DNA of 64,000 nucleotides, taken from Mytilus edulis (Eukaryota). The notes beneath the pieces were generated by a model, which was not told where the DNA came from, made no database searches, and saw only the letters and a program-made list of their open reading frames with translations. The stretch is taken from NCBI RefSeq assembly GCF_963676685.1, contig NC_092347.1:39122001-39186000 (forward strand). The letters are read 5' to 3'. A program made the position numbers and the translations under genes. The number at the start of each line of letters is the position of its first letter. Position 1 is the first letter of the stretch. Of the stretch, positions 13,671 to 27,699 are shown piece after piece.

Positions 13671-14433
13671 GTAAGTTTGTTCTAAGATGTTATATATCAT
13701 AGCAAATTTTGAATAGCATAAATACAATGTTCTTGTGGAGTTTTGTCTTGAGTAGCATATCAAATGTACTTGATCCCTCTCCTAAATACACTGCTGAGTA
13801 TAGTTTGGCAAGAAACACTATTTCTAAATTTCCATACAATAACCAGTCATAATATAGCAGAAATTTGCTTTCATGCAATTTTTGTTTTGTTTTCTCAAAG
13901 ATGGAAGTTTTTTGAGGAAAAGTTCATATCAAATTATTTTTTTCAAAGTTATTGCTGCTAGTGCAAGGACTTTATAATTTACATAAACTAAACACATGGC
14001 ATATAGGGATTATAGTGGGGTCAGTTTTATAATCTTGAGATACCTTATATGGAGATGGGATCTTTGAAAGCCACAAAATACAACATAACACAAAGCACTA
14101 ATATCATTGTTTTGCACTTTTTCAAATTCAAAAAGAAATTACCTTTTTTCGGATGGTGTTAAAAATTTAATCACAGTTAAAAGCACATTTGAAAAAAGAA
14201 CAATTGCATGCAGGAAGTATTTATTTCACTTTAATTAAATTATATAGATGTCATAAGGATTCCATCCTTTTGATTGGACAATAGAAAATATATGATGTTT
14301 AAAACTGGTATTTTATTTCCAAATAAAATGCAGATTACATAACAGCTATATATGACAACATAATGACATTATGTAGAATGTTTTAAAACTAAACAAATGA
14401 AAATTTGTATAGTGTTGTAAAAGTGCTGACCAT

Positions 14434-14865
14434 ATAAAAAAGAAGATGTGGTATTATTGCCAATGAGACAACTATCCACAAAAGACCAAAATGACACAAA
14501 CATTAACAACTATAGGTAACCGTACAGCCTTCAACAATGAGCAAAGCCCATACCGCCTAGTCAGCTATAAAAGGCCCCGATAAGACAATGTAAAACAATT
14601 CAAACGAGAAAACTAACGGCCTTATTTATGTAAAAAGTATAAAAAAAATAAAAATGAACGAACAACAAATATGTAACACATAAACAAACGACAACCACTG
14701 AATTACAGGCTCCTGACTTGGGACAGGCACATACATAAATAATGTGGCGGGGTTAAACATGTTAGTGGGATCCCAACCCTCCCCCTAACTTGTCACACTG
14801 TGGTATAACAGTACAACATAAGAACGAACTATAATAATCAGTTGAAAAAGGCTCAACTCATCAGA
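14434..14865 (+). repeat. High-copy interspersed repeat (aagaagatgtggtatgattgccaatgagacaact...)
   Basis: Further copies or fragments at ~17230-17425 (+), ~47178-47440 (+), ~26335-26430 (-), ~27825-27905 (-), ~38560-38650 (-) and ~50165-50335 (-). Class not determined. Confidence 0.85.
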
Positions 14866-15012
14866 TAGATGCATATATTTTTAGTTTTTATCAGCTAAAC
14901 ACTTTATACAAAATGGAATTCTAAGTATTCAGTAATGAATAAAAATATGATTAAACAGCTTATCAATTTGCAAAAAAAAGAAAGCTTTTGTTTAGCAGTC
15001 CTAAGGGTTTAG

Positions 15013-16097
15013 TTTTTGTCGAGTCTGCAACTTTTGTTGCAGAAAGCTCGACATAGGGATAGTGATCTGGCGGCGGCGTTTGCTCACTTCTTAAAAGCTT
15101 CATATTTTAGAAGGGGGAAGACCTGGATGCTTCATACTTTGTATATAGATGCTTCATGTTACGAAGTTTCCGTCAGTCACATGTCCAATGTCCTTGACCT
15201 CATTTTCATGGTTCAGTGACCACTTGAAAAAAAAGTTCAAATTTTTTGTAATGTTGAATTCTCTCTTATTATAAGTAATAGGATAACTATATTTGATATG
15301 TGCGTACCTTGCAAGGTCCTCGTGTCTGTCAGACAGTTTTCACTTGACCTCGACCTCATTTCATGGATCAGTGAACAAGGTTAAGTTTTGGTGGTCAAGT
15401 CCATATCTCAGATACTATAAGCAATAGGGCTAGTATATTCGGTGTATGGAAGGACTGTAAGGTGTACATGTCCAACTGGCAGGTGTCATCTGACCTTGAC
15501 CTCATTTTCATGGTTCAGTGGTTATAGTTAAATTTTTGTGTTTTGGTCTGTTTTTCTCATACTTTATGCAATAGGTCTACTATATTTGTTGTATGGAATG
15601 ATTGTAAAGTGTACATGTCTAGCGGGCAGATGTCATGTGACCTTGACCTCATTTTCATGGTTCAGTGGTCAAAGTTAAGTTTTTGAGTTTTGGTCTTTTT
15701 ATCTAATACTATATGCCATAGGTCAATTATATTTGGTGTATAGAAATATTTTATGATCTTTATGTCAGTCGCGCAGGTTTTATTTGACCGCGACCTCATT
15801 TTCACGGTTCATTGCACAGTGTTAAGTTTTCGTGTTTTGGTCTATTTTTCTTAAACTATAAGTAATGGGTCAACTATATATGTTGTATAGAAGCATTGTT
15901 AGCTGTACATGTCTGCCTGGCATGGTTCATCTGACCTTGACCTCATTTTCAAGGTTCATTGGTCTCTGTTAAGTTATCTTGATTAATGTTAAGTTTATGT
16001 GACAGTTTTAATAAAGCTTAGCTTTATACTTAGGACTATCAACATAATATCAATGATTAGTATAGAAGGCGAGACATTTCAGCGTGTGCACTCTTGT
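15013..16097 (+). mobile_element. HINE/DINE-like element family B with 147-bp internal tandem units
   Basis: 5' hairpin tgtcgag...ctcgaca, GGC microsatellite, 147-bp period of tgaccttgacctcattttcatggttca, 3' end gtgtgcactcttgt. Near-identical copy at 36047. Confidence 0.8.
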
Positions 16098-16192
16098 GTC
16101 ATTTTGCTTCATACTTTAATATCCTTGTTGTATTTTGAAATAATGCATAAAACATATGTTATTGTGTGACCATTCTTAAATAAATGAAATCG

Positions 16193-16764
16193 CCGGTAAG
16201 GGCCGATTTTGGCCTCAAATTTCAGGTTCATCTAATGAAAGTTTTTGGAATGTTTTTAAACACTAAAGTGTCTATTTCAATTGATTCGATTTATTTATGC
16301 GAAAGATTTTAACTGATTTAGTCATTAAAAACGCTCTGATTCAAGCTTAAATATGAAAAATCTATCAAATATGCAAAAAAAAGTCACTTTTCAGATAGTT
16401 TTTGTCAAAAATGAAAGTGACCACATCCGTGTTCATCCTCAACCTTTATATATGTTTTGTATTATTATTAAATACAACTTACATTTCAATATTATGAATA
16501 AACACGAATGCGGCCACTTTCATTTTAGATGAAAACCGTCTAAAAATTAACCAAAATGCTAAAATTTTGAAGATTTCAGTAATTTAGCATGACTTAATGA
16601 TGCTAGAACGCGATATTTGTGCATTGTATTGTCAAAAACAGCTCATATTTATGTAGCAGAAGCATTTTACTTTCCAAAATATAGCTGAAAGATTACATTT
16701 TCACAATTTTCTAAAACTGCTATATTTTGGGGCCAAAAAGGGCTCTTACTGAACCTACTCCTTT
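16193..16764. mobile_element. MITE-like element (~570 bp), left end eroded
   Basis: Second copy at 58457-59032 has termini aaaggagta ... tactccttt. Confidence 0.7.
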
Positions 16765-19700
16765 GGTTAACCAATAAAATGGCCTCTAATACAGGTTAAA
16801 AATCACTACAAAACATAAAATTCAACAAGTTTGCTCTTGTCTTCTAAAGTCTTTAATTCTGTATTCCTTATTTTTCTCTATTATTTAAACTAATTTTGTA
16901 ATTTATTATCTATTTTGTATTAATTAAACGCCCTGTAGAATTGACCAATTATTTTCCGTTCTGTAAACCTCATTCAGAAATATATATGAAGATGACATAC
17001 ATTTAAGTCTTAAAAGCAGCTGAGCAAAGGAATTAGAACACAAATATATTGTAATAAAGAATTCACAGTACTGAGTAGTACTATACATATTTTGAGTATT
17101 ATATTTTGATTTATTGTTTTTCAAATTTAAAATCTTTAAATTGAAAAAAATAAAAAGCTCATGCCATATAAAATCTTTAAAGTAATATGTCTCAGAAGTT
17201 GAGCTGCTCATATTTAATTATAATAATATAAAAAAAGAATATGTGGTATGATTGCCAATGAGACAACTTTCCACAAGAGACCAAAATGACACAGAAATAA
17301 ACAACTATAGGTGACTGTAAGACCTTCAACAATGAGCAAAGCCCAAACCGCAGAGTCAGCTATAAAACACCCCGAAATGACAATGTAAAACCATTTAAAA
17401 CTAATAGCCTTATTTATGTACAAAAAGAAGGCAAGATATCTTTAGCAATAGGCTAAATCCTTTGCACTTGATTTCAAAAGGATACGAATAAAGTCAACAG
17501 TAGTATACCGCTGTTCGAAACTCATAAATCGATAGAAAAAATCAAATCCGGGTTACAAACTAAAACTGAGGGAAACACATTAAATATAAGAGGAGAACAA
17601 CAACACAACATTAAAATGTAACACACACAGAAACGAACTAAGCATTAGACAAAATCCAATGAGAATAATAAATATATAACGAATCAGGATTGTTTTACTT
17701 GTCAATGTTGTCATTTGTCATCTGTTTTACCAATGTTAAGTGCTTTTTCTGAACAGATGATACGGTATTAAAAAGTACATTTTTTTTTCATAAAACAAAT
17801 TGATGTTGATGGTAGAACTTTGGTAGTCTCAGCTGTAGAATTCATTCATAACCTGTCTGCAGACTTAGGGAAAATTTATAGTATTAAGCTAAAGATGTCA
17901 AAAAGCCACATCTCCTTTCATTCAAATTTGTAGCCTTATGGTTTTTTATTGATTCACAAATGCTTTGTCTTTAAGTTATAATTTCATTGAATTTTTTAAA
18001 GTAAAATATTACCAAATGTCATATCTTAATTGTGTTATGATATTTTTGTCTTTTATATTAATTATATAATATCTATTTTTATAAGATATTATTTCAAAGA
18101 AATTATTATAAAAAAATATTTCCAAATGTCATATTTTGATTTTGTTATGATATTTTTGTCTTTTATATTAATTATATAATATCCACCTATCTGTCAAAAC
18201 ATTACAAAAAATGCCTGCAGTATTAAAGAAAAGTCTGCTTAATTAAATAACAAGATTATTAGAAAATGCTCTGGAAATCCTTTATTTCATATTTTTATAT
18301 TTTATGCACTTTTAGATTAATGCTAGTATTATATAAAAGACTACCTAGATATTTTCAATATATTGAGACTTGACACTGCTGTTTTGCTCTGGATATGAAA
18401 GGAAGCCTTTTTATAATAAGTATGTAAGATAAATAATAAACCTACGTACATTAAAGCTTGAAGGTTACATTCAGGTTATGAAAATGATAAGTTATCCTTT
18501 TTGTAATAAGCATGTAAGATAAATAATAAAGCCACTAAAACTTAAAGGTTATGTTTTGAAATATTTGCAGAATAAAACTATACCTTTTCTATTTATGGTA
18601 TCAGCAGTGTAGTTGTATGCAAGAATTCAACAATATAATTAGCGAGATTTTTTTCTTAGGTAAGCCTGACAGATTGTGACAGAGTCTAACTATGATAAGA
18701 AAGATTCAGTTTTATAACTTGTTAAAAACTCCAAATTGATTCTGTTGAAGAATTACGACACCTACGCTTATGCTGATAAAGAACATCTTGACATATTCAA
18801 TCTTTCTTGTTTCAAATAGGTCCCCAATTTCACATCAGTGTTGCAACTTTATAAAAAAAATATCATGAATATTGGAAATAGTAGTTGCAAATGTTTGTCT
18901 ACAGCAAAGTCTAGTTTCTTTTTGTTTTAGTTCAGATTTAATTGATTTAAAATTGGCAATTTCTCTTAATTAAGATACCAGAATGCTTGTTTTATGTTAC
19001 AATGATTGAGGCATTTTTCGTTGTAATCAGTATCAATGTCTTTCTGAATTAAAGACTCATTAGTCATGTAGTAGGACTTTATCTGAATTAACTAGCAACC
19101 AAGATTAAATCTGCCTTACAAAGTGAGATTTTAAGACTTAAATTGTCAGCATCCAAAAGTTTAAATTTCCTTCATTTTATAACCCATAAATACTGGTTTG
19201 TAATGATTAGGCAAAAGTACAACAGACATCAGTAATAGTAACAGACTTGAATTTAACTAATATTTTTTTATTTTGTTTTTTAAAAGACAAATTGTATCAC
19301 CTTGAGAGACTCTCCTTTTTTTTAAAGAGAATAATTAATGTTGTTATTGAATCTTACAGTGTTCTGTCATATTGAATAAATAATGCTGGAAATTATTTGC
19401 TGCAGCCCTTTAGAAATTATGTGCCTCTGCCTATATATGGTTTACTGGATATTTTTGTCATGAAAATTTTGATTATCATATGATTTGCGAATTTCCAAAA
19501 TATTGAGCCTATATCTAGAGCAAATAAAGCCACAAGATGTAAAAAGATGTAAAAAGATATTTAAATTTTAAATTGGGAAATGTAAAAAAGCAACATGACA
19601 CCAGACTTGACATTTAGCGAACATCACTAATGTTATTTGACATCATTTCTTGTCGGTCATAGTTTGTTGAGTAAATTGAGTAGAGTGAAGATTAAACTGT

Positions 19701-22700
19701 AGTTTAATTCAGGGAAACACTGTAAAGTTGAAAATAAGGATCAGAATTTACAAAAACTTTTTAAAACAACTACATAAAAAGTACATCTGGTCGGAAATTT
19801 AGATCAAATATAAATATGTCATGAAAAGTAAGTGTGTGGTCACGTGCACTGAAGCATGCAGAGACTCTGAAAATGTTTAGTTTTTTAACCATCATTCCTA
19901 TGGTTTGATATATCTGTAATTGACAAAGGGCTGAGAACTTCCTGATCTATATTTATTCATCTAGAACACAGCTTAACTTCTGCCCCCAATGGTTTTAATA
20001 ACTAATGAAAAAAGATAGCACAGCATTTCTCTGTATCAGTTTTAGTTTTGATGGTATTGTATATCATGCAGCTAGCTAGGTTTTTTTTTTTTTTTTTTTT
20101 TTTTGTGCATGAAATATAAAAGAATATTAACTCTCCATTCTAAACTGATTGATACCAGGGTTAAATTTTTTTTAATCGCTGTGTGGTTCGCTTAATCTTA
20201 GTGCTGCATTGGTTAAACAGTTTATATGACATAAAAAATTTCATGCAATCTGTACTGATTGTTTTCTGAATTGTGAAATCAAATAAAAAGACTATCATAG
20301 TTAATATCAGAAATATATTTCTCAGAAAAAAACCCACAAAATTTAGCAAATCCTTGAAAAAAAGACAAATTTTGCCAGACACATCTTTATTAGAAGAAAA
20401 ATTATTCCACCATCATATATATGTGCATTAAGATATTCTACCACCCTTAACAGCTAACTTTTTTTTCTACTGATAAATTTTCTTGCGTTTTTAGTCTACA
20501 ATTTTCAATGCCTATAGATATTGTTTCTCCCAAAATGCAGTTGTAGAAACCATCTATCAACAATGTACATGCTTTTTAGACAGCTGAAACAATTAAAATC
20601 TAAAACATGCACAAAATGAATTTATTACATTGTGTGTAGGATTTAAAAATTTACGGATATAATTCAAATTCAAAAAATTTTGAAATGTGAGCAGAATTTT
20701 GACAATTATTTTGCAGTTTTTACAGTATTTCGTGACCAAATCGAACAGAAAATTATGCATTTATACAAGACGTGACACAAAGATAATCTCAGCTTCTTGT
20801 GTTTTTTTTAGAAAAATCAGCATATCGCTTTATGAAAGATAAAAAAAATTGCAAAGTAGTCCATGGTTTTATAATGATGTAATCCTTATTAAACAATAAG
20901 AGGGATAAATAAGATTGGAAAATAAAGGAAGGATCAAATTCCCGATCAATTAGATAGCAGGATGTTTATCCAGGAAGAAGAAAGACGTTATGTGGTTATA
21001 TGGAATCAATTATCTCTTTTTAGTATCACAATGTCCAATGTGCATAGTTGTAGTTTATGTTATACTTGAAACGGGTTTTCCATGAAATTAAAAGTAAAAA
21101 TGAGGAATATAGAAAACAGTGTCTGTCTGTACGCCCCAAAATTGGTTTCTGTTCTCTAACTTGAGTTTGCCTCTACCAAATGTTATGAAACTTATACACA
21201 ATTCTTATTACCACAAAACACAGATGAAGTTTGAATTTTGGTGGTGTCACTTCAACCATTCTCGAGTTATGACACTTTATAAATACATTTTAATGTTGTG
21301 TTCACACTTTTTTGTTCCCCGAACAAGGTTAGGTATGGGGATATAATTATGCCCTGATGTTCTTTCAGTCTTGTAAATGTGATAATTGTACATTTCTTGC
21401 AAATTTTGTGTTTTTTGTTTAAGGGGAGATAACTCACTAAAATAAGTTGTATAAAATTATTTACTGTAAGGGTTTTAATTTGTGTATTTGACAAGACTAT
21501 AAGTATGGTGACCATATTTCCTTTTGCTTTCTGAAATAATGTTATATTTCATCTTACATAAACAAGAGAGTGATTTCAATTATTTTATTTAAATGGTTAC
21601 CAGATTTTTTTATACTGTCTTTTAATACTTTAAATACAACCAAAGAACTGCAGATAAATTGGTGAACTAGTGAGATGAAGAATATCTGGTGTAAATTCAT
21701 ACAAATTGTCAGACAGGACAACATGCTAAGTTAGTCTTCATATACATTAATAACCTTGTAACTGAGTGTGCCCTTTGGTAATAAAAGAAAGAGGTCAATC
21801 CAATAAATGCTAGGACAGTCAGAAAAAGTGTAAGATTGAAGTCAACAAAACCTTGTATTTACTTTGAAACTGATTATATTGACCATGTTATACAAAACAC
21901 TTAAGGTTCTTTGATAACTCTTGCTGTGAAGTGTATAAAGAGGCCAATTCTTTCAAATATGTCAATAAAATGCTCACTTACTATTCTTGTATCGAATATG
22001 CTGTATAATTGTTAAGTAAATATGTCAAAACAATATTTATATGCAGACAGTCTCTAAAGTATTGATTTGGCTTCTTTTTTATTCTTGGTATATTCTTACT
22101 GACATCTTTTCTGTTCTTAGAGTTTCCTCCCCTGGAGGTATAGAAATGCTGTGAATGATTTGTATTGGTACTTGATATATTAAAAGCTCCTTGAGGAAGA
22201 TAATTGTGGTAAAAGAAGTAGATAATTGTCTCTAAAATGATGCTATGCAGAAATGCAGTTCGAATGTACTGGATGGCAATTGAATTAGTTTGAAGTTTGT
22301 CTGATATAAAATATAGCCATCACATTGGTGCATTAAGTTAGAAAATTTATGGGGATTGAAATTTGGTCACCATACAGTATTTCTATTTTCATGAGGAGCA
22401 GATATGAAAAGAAAGCTTTTAGTCCAGCACTTGGGGCCCACTTCTTGTGATATCATCTGTTCTGAGCTGAATGAATAAATTCATTTTTTTAAGGGTAAAA
22501 CAATCTTTTTCTATCTTAAGGCCTATCCGATATTTAAATTGGGAAGTGGATCATTGTTATTCAGCTTACATTGCATAAAACTCTGTTATATACCCTAAAG
22601 ATGTTTCAGTTATATGACTTGTAAAATTATTCTATTTGTACAAATAAAGTGAATCAGACAGATAAATCATTAACATAGTTATGCCATATACCATATATAT

Positions 22701-23023
22701 AGACAGACTTAAATAATGACCGGTATCTTAAGATTATACATTACTGACTCTAAGAAACTCCAAATGAGGTCTATTTAATTCTTTTTTAAGAAATTGTATA
22801 AAATTTTCTTTTTGTGTCTTGTAAATGCTTTTCCTGATTCTAAGAATCATTTCAGATACTTTTGTTATCAAGTTAGGCACACTTTTCTATGTAAAAAAAA
22901 GTGCTTAGCAATATGTTTATGATAGTTGAAGTCTTTGAAAAGACACTTATTTTCATTAGTTATAAAGAAAATTCCATACATTTTTACATTACTATTTTGA
23001 TAAGCAGTTTAAATATTTTTCAG

Positions 23024-23214
23024 CTAATTGGGTTTTAAAATACTCCTCATGGAACCCTGTTGTTGTTGGAATGCTTGCTTTACCTTCTCTTGTACTGGTT
23101 ACCATTCCCTCTGTAACACAGACAGGGAACAAGACAGCTCAGCAGTTAGAGCAAGGAATAAGAACTTTACTCTCAACAGTGAAGAAAATTTTGATAGAAA
23201 AAGAAACAAAAAAG
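23024..23214 (+). CDS. FOCAD: Focadhesin-like exon E (NWVLKYSSWNPVVVGMLALPSLVLVTIP...ILIEKETKK)
   Basis: tttttcag acceptor, gttagt donor; phase 1/0, which exactly bridges exons D and F; open frame. Weakly conserved region. Confidence 0.8.
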
Positions 23215-23429
23215 GTTAGTCAAACTCCTGCAATTATTTGAATAGAAGGCTCATGGTAGATACATCAGAAGGAAGACTCCTACCACTCAATGATCCCCTT
23301 TATTCATTTGCATTGAATACTGTAGAATCTAGTTATAGGTTGGTATTTTGTATCATATTGCTATAAACCCAACAGTATTCAAAACTTTCAACCAGGTTTT
23401 TTGGTTCTGTTCTGTGTACTGTTGTTTTT

Positions 23430-24525
23430 CCTTTTCTCATCACTTGGCGTCCGTCGTCCGTCGTCGTCCGTCGTCGTTAACTTTTACAAAAATCTTCTTT
23501 TCTGAAACTCCTGGGCCAAATTCAACAATACTTGGCCTGAATCATCATTGGAGTATCTAGTTTAAAAAGAGTGTCGGCTGACCTGCCAAACCAACCAAGA
23601 TGGCAGCCATGGCTAAAAATAGAACATAGGGGTAAAATGTATATTTTGGCTTATATCTTTGAAACCAAAGCATTTAGAGCAAATCTGACTTGGTTAATTT
23701 GTTTATCAAGTTAAGATCTATCTGCCCTGACATTTGTTGATGAATTAGACAATAAAATTAACGGTACCAATTTTCTTGCACCAGATGCGCATTTCGACAA
23801 TACATGTCTCTTCAGTGATGCTCGTGGCCAAAATATTCGAAATCAGACAACTGGTTGTTGGGTTGCTGCTCCTGATTTGGTAATTTGAAGGAAATTTTTC
23901 CGTTTTCAGTTATTATCTTGAATATTATTATAGATGGAGATAAACTGTAAACAGCAAAGATGTTAGCAAAGTAAGATCTACAAATAAGTCAACATGACAA
24001 AAATGGTCAGTTGACCCCTTAAGGAGTTATTGCCCTTTATAGTAATTTTTTCCTGAAATTTTTAGATGAATTGGACAACTGGTTGTTGGTATGCTGCCCC
24101 CCAATTGGTAATTTTTATGGAAGTTTTGTATTTTTTGGTTATTATCTTGAATACTTTTATAGATAGAGATAAACTGTAAACAACAATAATGTTCTGCAAA
24201 GTATGATCTACAAATAAGTGAAACATGACCAAAATAGTCAGTTGACCCCTTAAGGAGTTATTGCCCTTTATAGTCAATTTTTTACAATTTTCATTAATTT
24301 GGTAAATTTTGGTAAATTTTTACAGAATATTTTCCTCTTTAACTAATGGGCCAAGTTCAATACAGATAGAGAAAGTTGTAAGTAGAAAGAATGATCATTA
24401 AATTAAGATCTACAAACACATCACCATCACCAAAACACAATTTTGTCATGAATACATCTGTGTCCTTTGTTTAATATGCACATAGACCAAGGTGAGCGAC
24501 ACAGGCTCTTAAGAGCCTCTAGTTT
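23430..24525 (+). mobile_element. HINE/DINE-like element family E, 5'-truncated
   Basis: (cgtc/cgt)n microsatellite, internal ~220-bp tandem duplication, 3' hairpin aggctct-ta-agagcct followed by ctagtttt. Confidence 0.7.
23778..23821 (-). ncRNA. Minimal type I hammerhead ribozyme (Penelope-like/retrozyme type)
   Basis: Minus strand reads GCAUCA-CUGAAGA-GACA-uguau-UGUC-GAAA-UGCGCA-UC-UGGUGC: complete core, 6-bp stem I, 4-bp stem II, palindromic stem III, AUC cleavage triplet. Confidence 0.85.
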
Positions 24526-26739
24526 TGTCATGGTGTTGTCAGTATGTTTTTTCAACTTATCATTTACATGTAGTTATATTTTGACTGTCTTTCACAGTGA
24601 TAATGCACTCATATTTGTAGTTGGGACCTTCTTAATGAAATTATTAAATTATTGTTCTTTAGCATTCCAAATTGTTGAACTTTTGCTACAGAAGGTTCAG
24701 AACTTGTTTCAGATATTTTGTAGTGTCAGTAGGTTTGCTGTAGCATTATTCAAAATGAAATATACATTTCTCAGGTTTTCTTTATGAATTCTTAAACACA
24801 TCATCTCAGCCATGCACTTTTTGGAAGACGTGATGTGATATGCATAGAAATGTAATATATAATGAGATAAAAATCTGTCTTTGAAAAGAACGATGATGAG
24901 TTATGTTCTTAGATTATAGGAACCCTTTGAAAGAGAAAACTTGTGTCTATGAAGGTCATAAATATGTGTCTTTTATTAATGTCCTTGAAAAAAATAATGG
25001 ATTGTAATTTTTAGGTTTTATAGACCACAAAAGATTATTTTTTCATGTACATGCACCTAGTTTAAAAAAAAAAATACATTTAGAAAAATGTATACTGAAA
25101 TTGTCTACAGGCAGTTAGAATTAAGAATAAAGCATATGAGTTGTCACAAGACTTTCACTATATAAACGATATACTCTCTGACTGCACTTGTTTTACGATT
25201 TCAAAATATTGTATTACAGTCACAATCAGTACAAATACATAAAACGAAATAGATACATTGCAACAAATTTATATGTTTGTATTTCACAATCCCGTTGGCA
25301 TTTTGTAAAATGTAGTTTCTTGGTTAATACATTGTTGATGTCTGCATTGTTTTTTTCGAGCAAACAATTTTCTCCTCTTAACATGCACTTTATACATTTT
25401 GGTAAGAATTAAAGCTTATGATTTTCTAAAATAGATGTAGAAGTTTCAAGAAGATTTATATAATGGCACCAAAAGTACATAATATTAGATCCAACAGGAT
25501 TTTTCTCGCAGAAGAAAACTTTAAATGAACATAACTCACGATTTTTATTGAACTGACTTTACATAGCTTGCAGTTTATTAGATAGAATTGTATAAAAATA
25601 GGTTGTTCAATTAAGATTGTTTAATTGAGGAAGAGAAATTTATCATTGTATTGTAAGGATACGATCATTCTTCCGAATATAAAGCCCAAATCGTAAAACT
25701 AATTTTTCGTGGCAGATAACTGTCAGCCCACAAGATAAAGCTTTTCACTGAAAAGTGCAAACATGTAGAAGTAAACAAAGATGGATTTCAAAGATAAATG
25801 CAACTTCTTGCAAAATAATTTTGCATGCTGGTAGAACTAATAAAAGAAGCATTATGCTCTAAATAGATAGATGTACTTTTTCTTTAAAGGATGTTGAGAT
25901 TTTTTCTATTTATTCAGCTTGGAAGCATCATAAGACATAAATTTGACGTAAATCTGTGGATTAAGCTTAAAAAGAGATTTGGTATATAAAAGTACATTTG
26001 CATTCACTCAGTCATTATTTCATTAATTGGTTTTTCCATATTGATGAAAGTGGATATATGATAACAGTCAATTAGACAGCAACCTTATAACACAAACATA
26101 TTCAAAACAATACCAAAAAGACACAAAGGACAGTAAGGTGAAATTTAAAAAATCTGAAACTTAAAACGGAAATGTTAAATCAGAAGCGCATTAATTAAGG
26201 AACAAATAACCCAAAATATTGATAGACTTAACGTTATGGAACTCCTTTTCAAGATGTTTGATATTTTAACAAAAATGGCAAAAAAAGGCCTACTCTGACT
26301 TTTACCTTTTACCGGAAATGACTTTGTGGTATAGGCTTTGTTCATTGTTAAAGACTGTAAAGTGACCTGTAGTTGTTTATTTCTGTGTCATTTTGTCATT
26401 GGCAATCATACCACATCTTCTTTTATAATTGTCTGTAAGAGATTAAAATGTGATCTTCAACAATATGGTGGTGACATTGAAGTGTCTATACCATATGTTA
26501 AGCTATTTCAATCTCTTACAGCCAAGTCTAGACTTGTGAATTTATTTAAGTTAGTTTGTGATTTTGGTATACAACAGAATGGAGATTTTCTAATATTCCT
26601 TGTAGTTTATTACCAGAGTACAATATTTGACCTCTAGAATAAGAAAATTATGAAGGTTAATAATAGTTCAGTATGAAATGCAATATTAATATACATAAAT
26701 AAATATTACAGACAATTTATGATTTGGTTTGAATGAGAT

Positions 26740-26950
26740 TGTCACGGAACAGAAGTTCCTTCATAATATAATTTCCAAATGGAACAAATATTCTGGAATA
26801 TTATTTCCACAGGAATAAATATTACAGTAGATGTTCCTAACGGAATAAATAGTATAGAATATTTGTTCCATCAGGTACAGGTATTATGACATTGTTTATA
26901 ACAAAGTTTCCACTGGAACTTCTGTTAGGTGGAACAAATATACCTTGACA
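26740..26950. mobile_element. Ginger-like MITE
   Basis: TGT...ACA termini (tgtcacgg / ccttgaca), 4-bp TSD agat, internal ggaacaaata sub-repeats. Confidence 0.65.
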
Positions 26951-27512
26951 AGATAACATTCAGTGCAACTGAACTTTATATTTTCAATACCAAACATCAG
27001 TCATTTACAAGCAACATTCTCCCAGTGGCATATTTACATCCAATGTTACGTGTACTCTTACAATCAGGTTTCTATGACCTAGATTTGTTTTTAAAAGGCC
27101 TGCAGTGACTCAATTTTGTTGCTTAAAATACCCCATGTTAAACTATTCATCAAGATTGACTAATTATATCTTGTGAATAGTTAGAAGGGGATGTTTGGTA
27201 TACTATCACAACAATTAGATGCTCTAAGGCAGACATTTTTTCGAAGATCTTCACAATCATCTCCTTAAAAAACATATATTTTTTCCTTCGACTGTTATTC
27301 CCGCTTCAGGTTAAAGTTTTTGGTCAAGGTAGTTTTTGATGAAGTTGAAGTCCAATCAACTTGAAACTTTGTACACATGTTCCCTATGATATGATTTGTC
27401 TAATTTTAATGCCAATTTAGAGTTTTTATCCCAATTTTAAGGTCAACTGAACATAGAAAATGATAGTTCAAGAGGGACATCCATGTACTATGGACACACT
27501 CTTGTTAACATA

Positions 27513-27699
27513 CTATAAATTCAGAAATTATTACGTGCATTTGTTATTGTGAATTTGTCATTTTAGACTTAAATACGATTTTAATTTTTACTATTTTGAG
27601 AAAAATTCTGTTTATTTCATATAAGATATTTCAAAATGAGAGTTTGAACTATCATTTATCACAATAATAAAAACCTCACATTAATTTCTGAATTAATAG
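27513..27699. mobile_element. Tc1/mariner-type MITE
   Basis: TIR ctataaattcagaaatta / taatttctgaattaatag with TA flanks. Confidence 0.65.

Noticed and set aside
14840-14870. CTGATGAG on the minus strand as a third hammerhead
   Set aside because: No GAAA after the potential stem II and no stem III or cleavage triplet.
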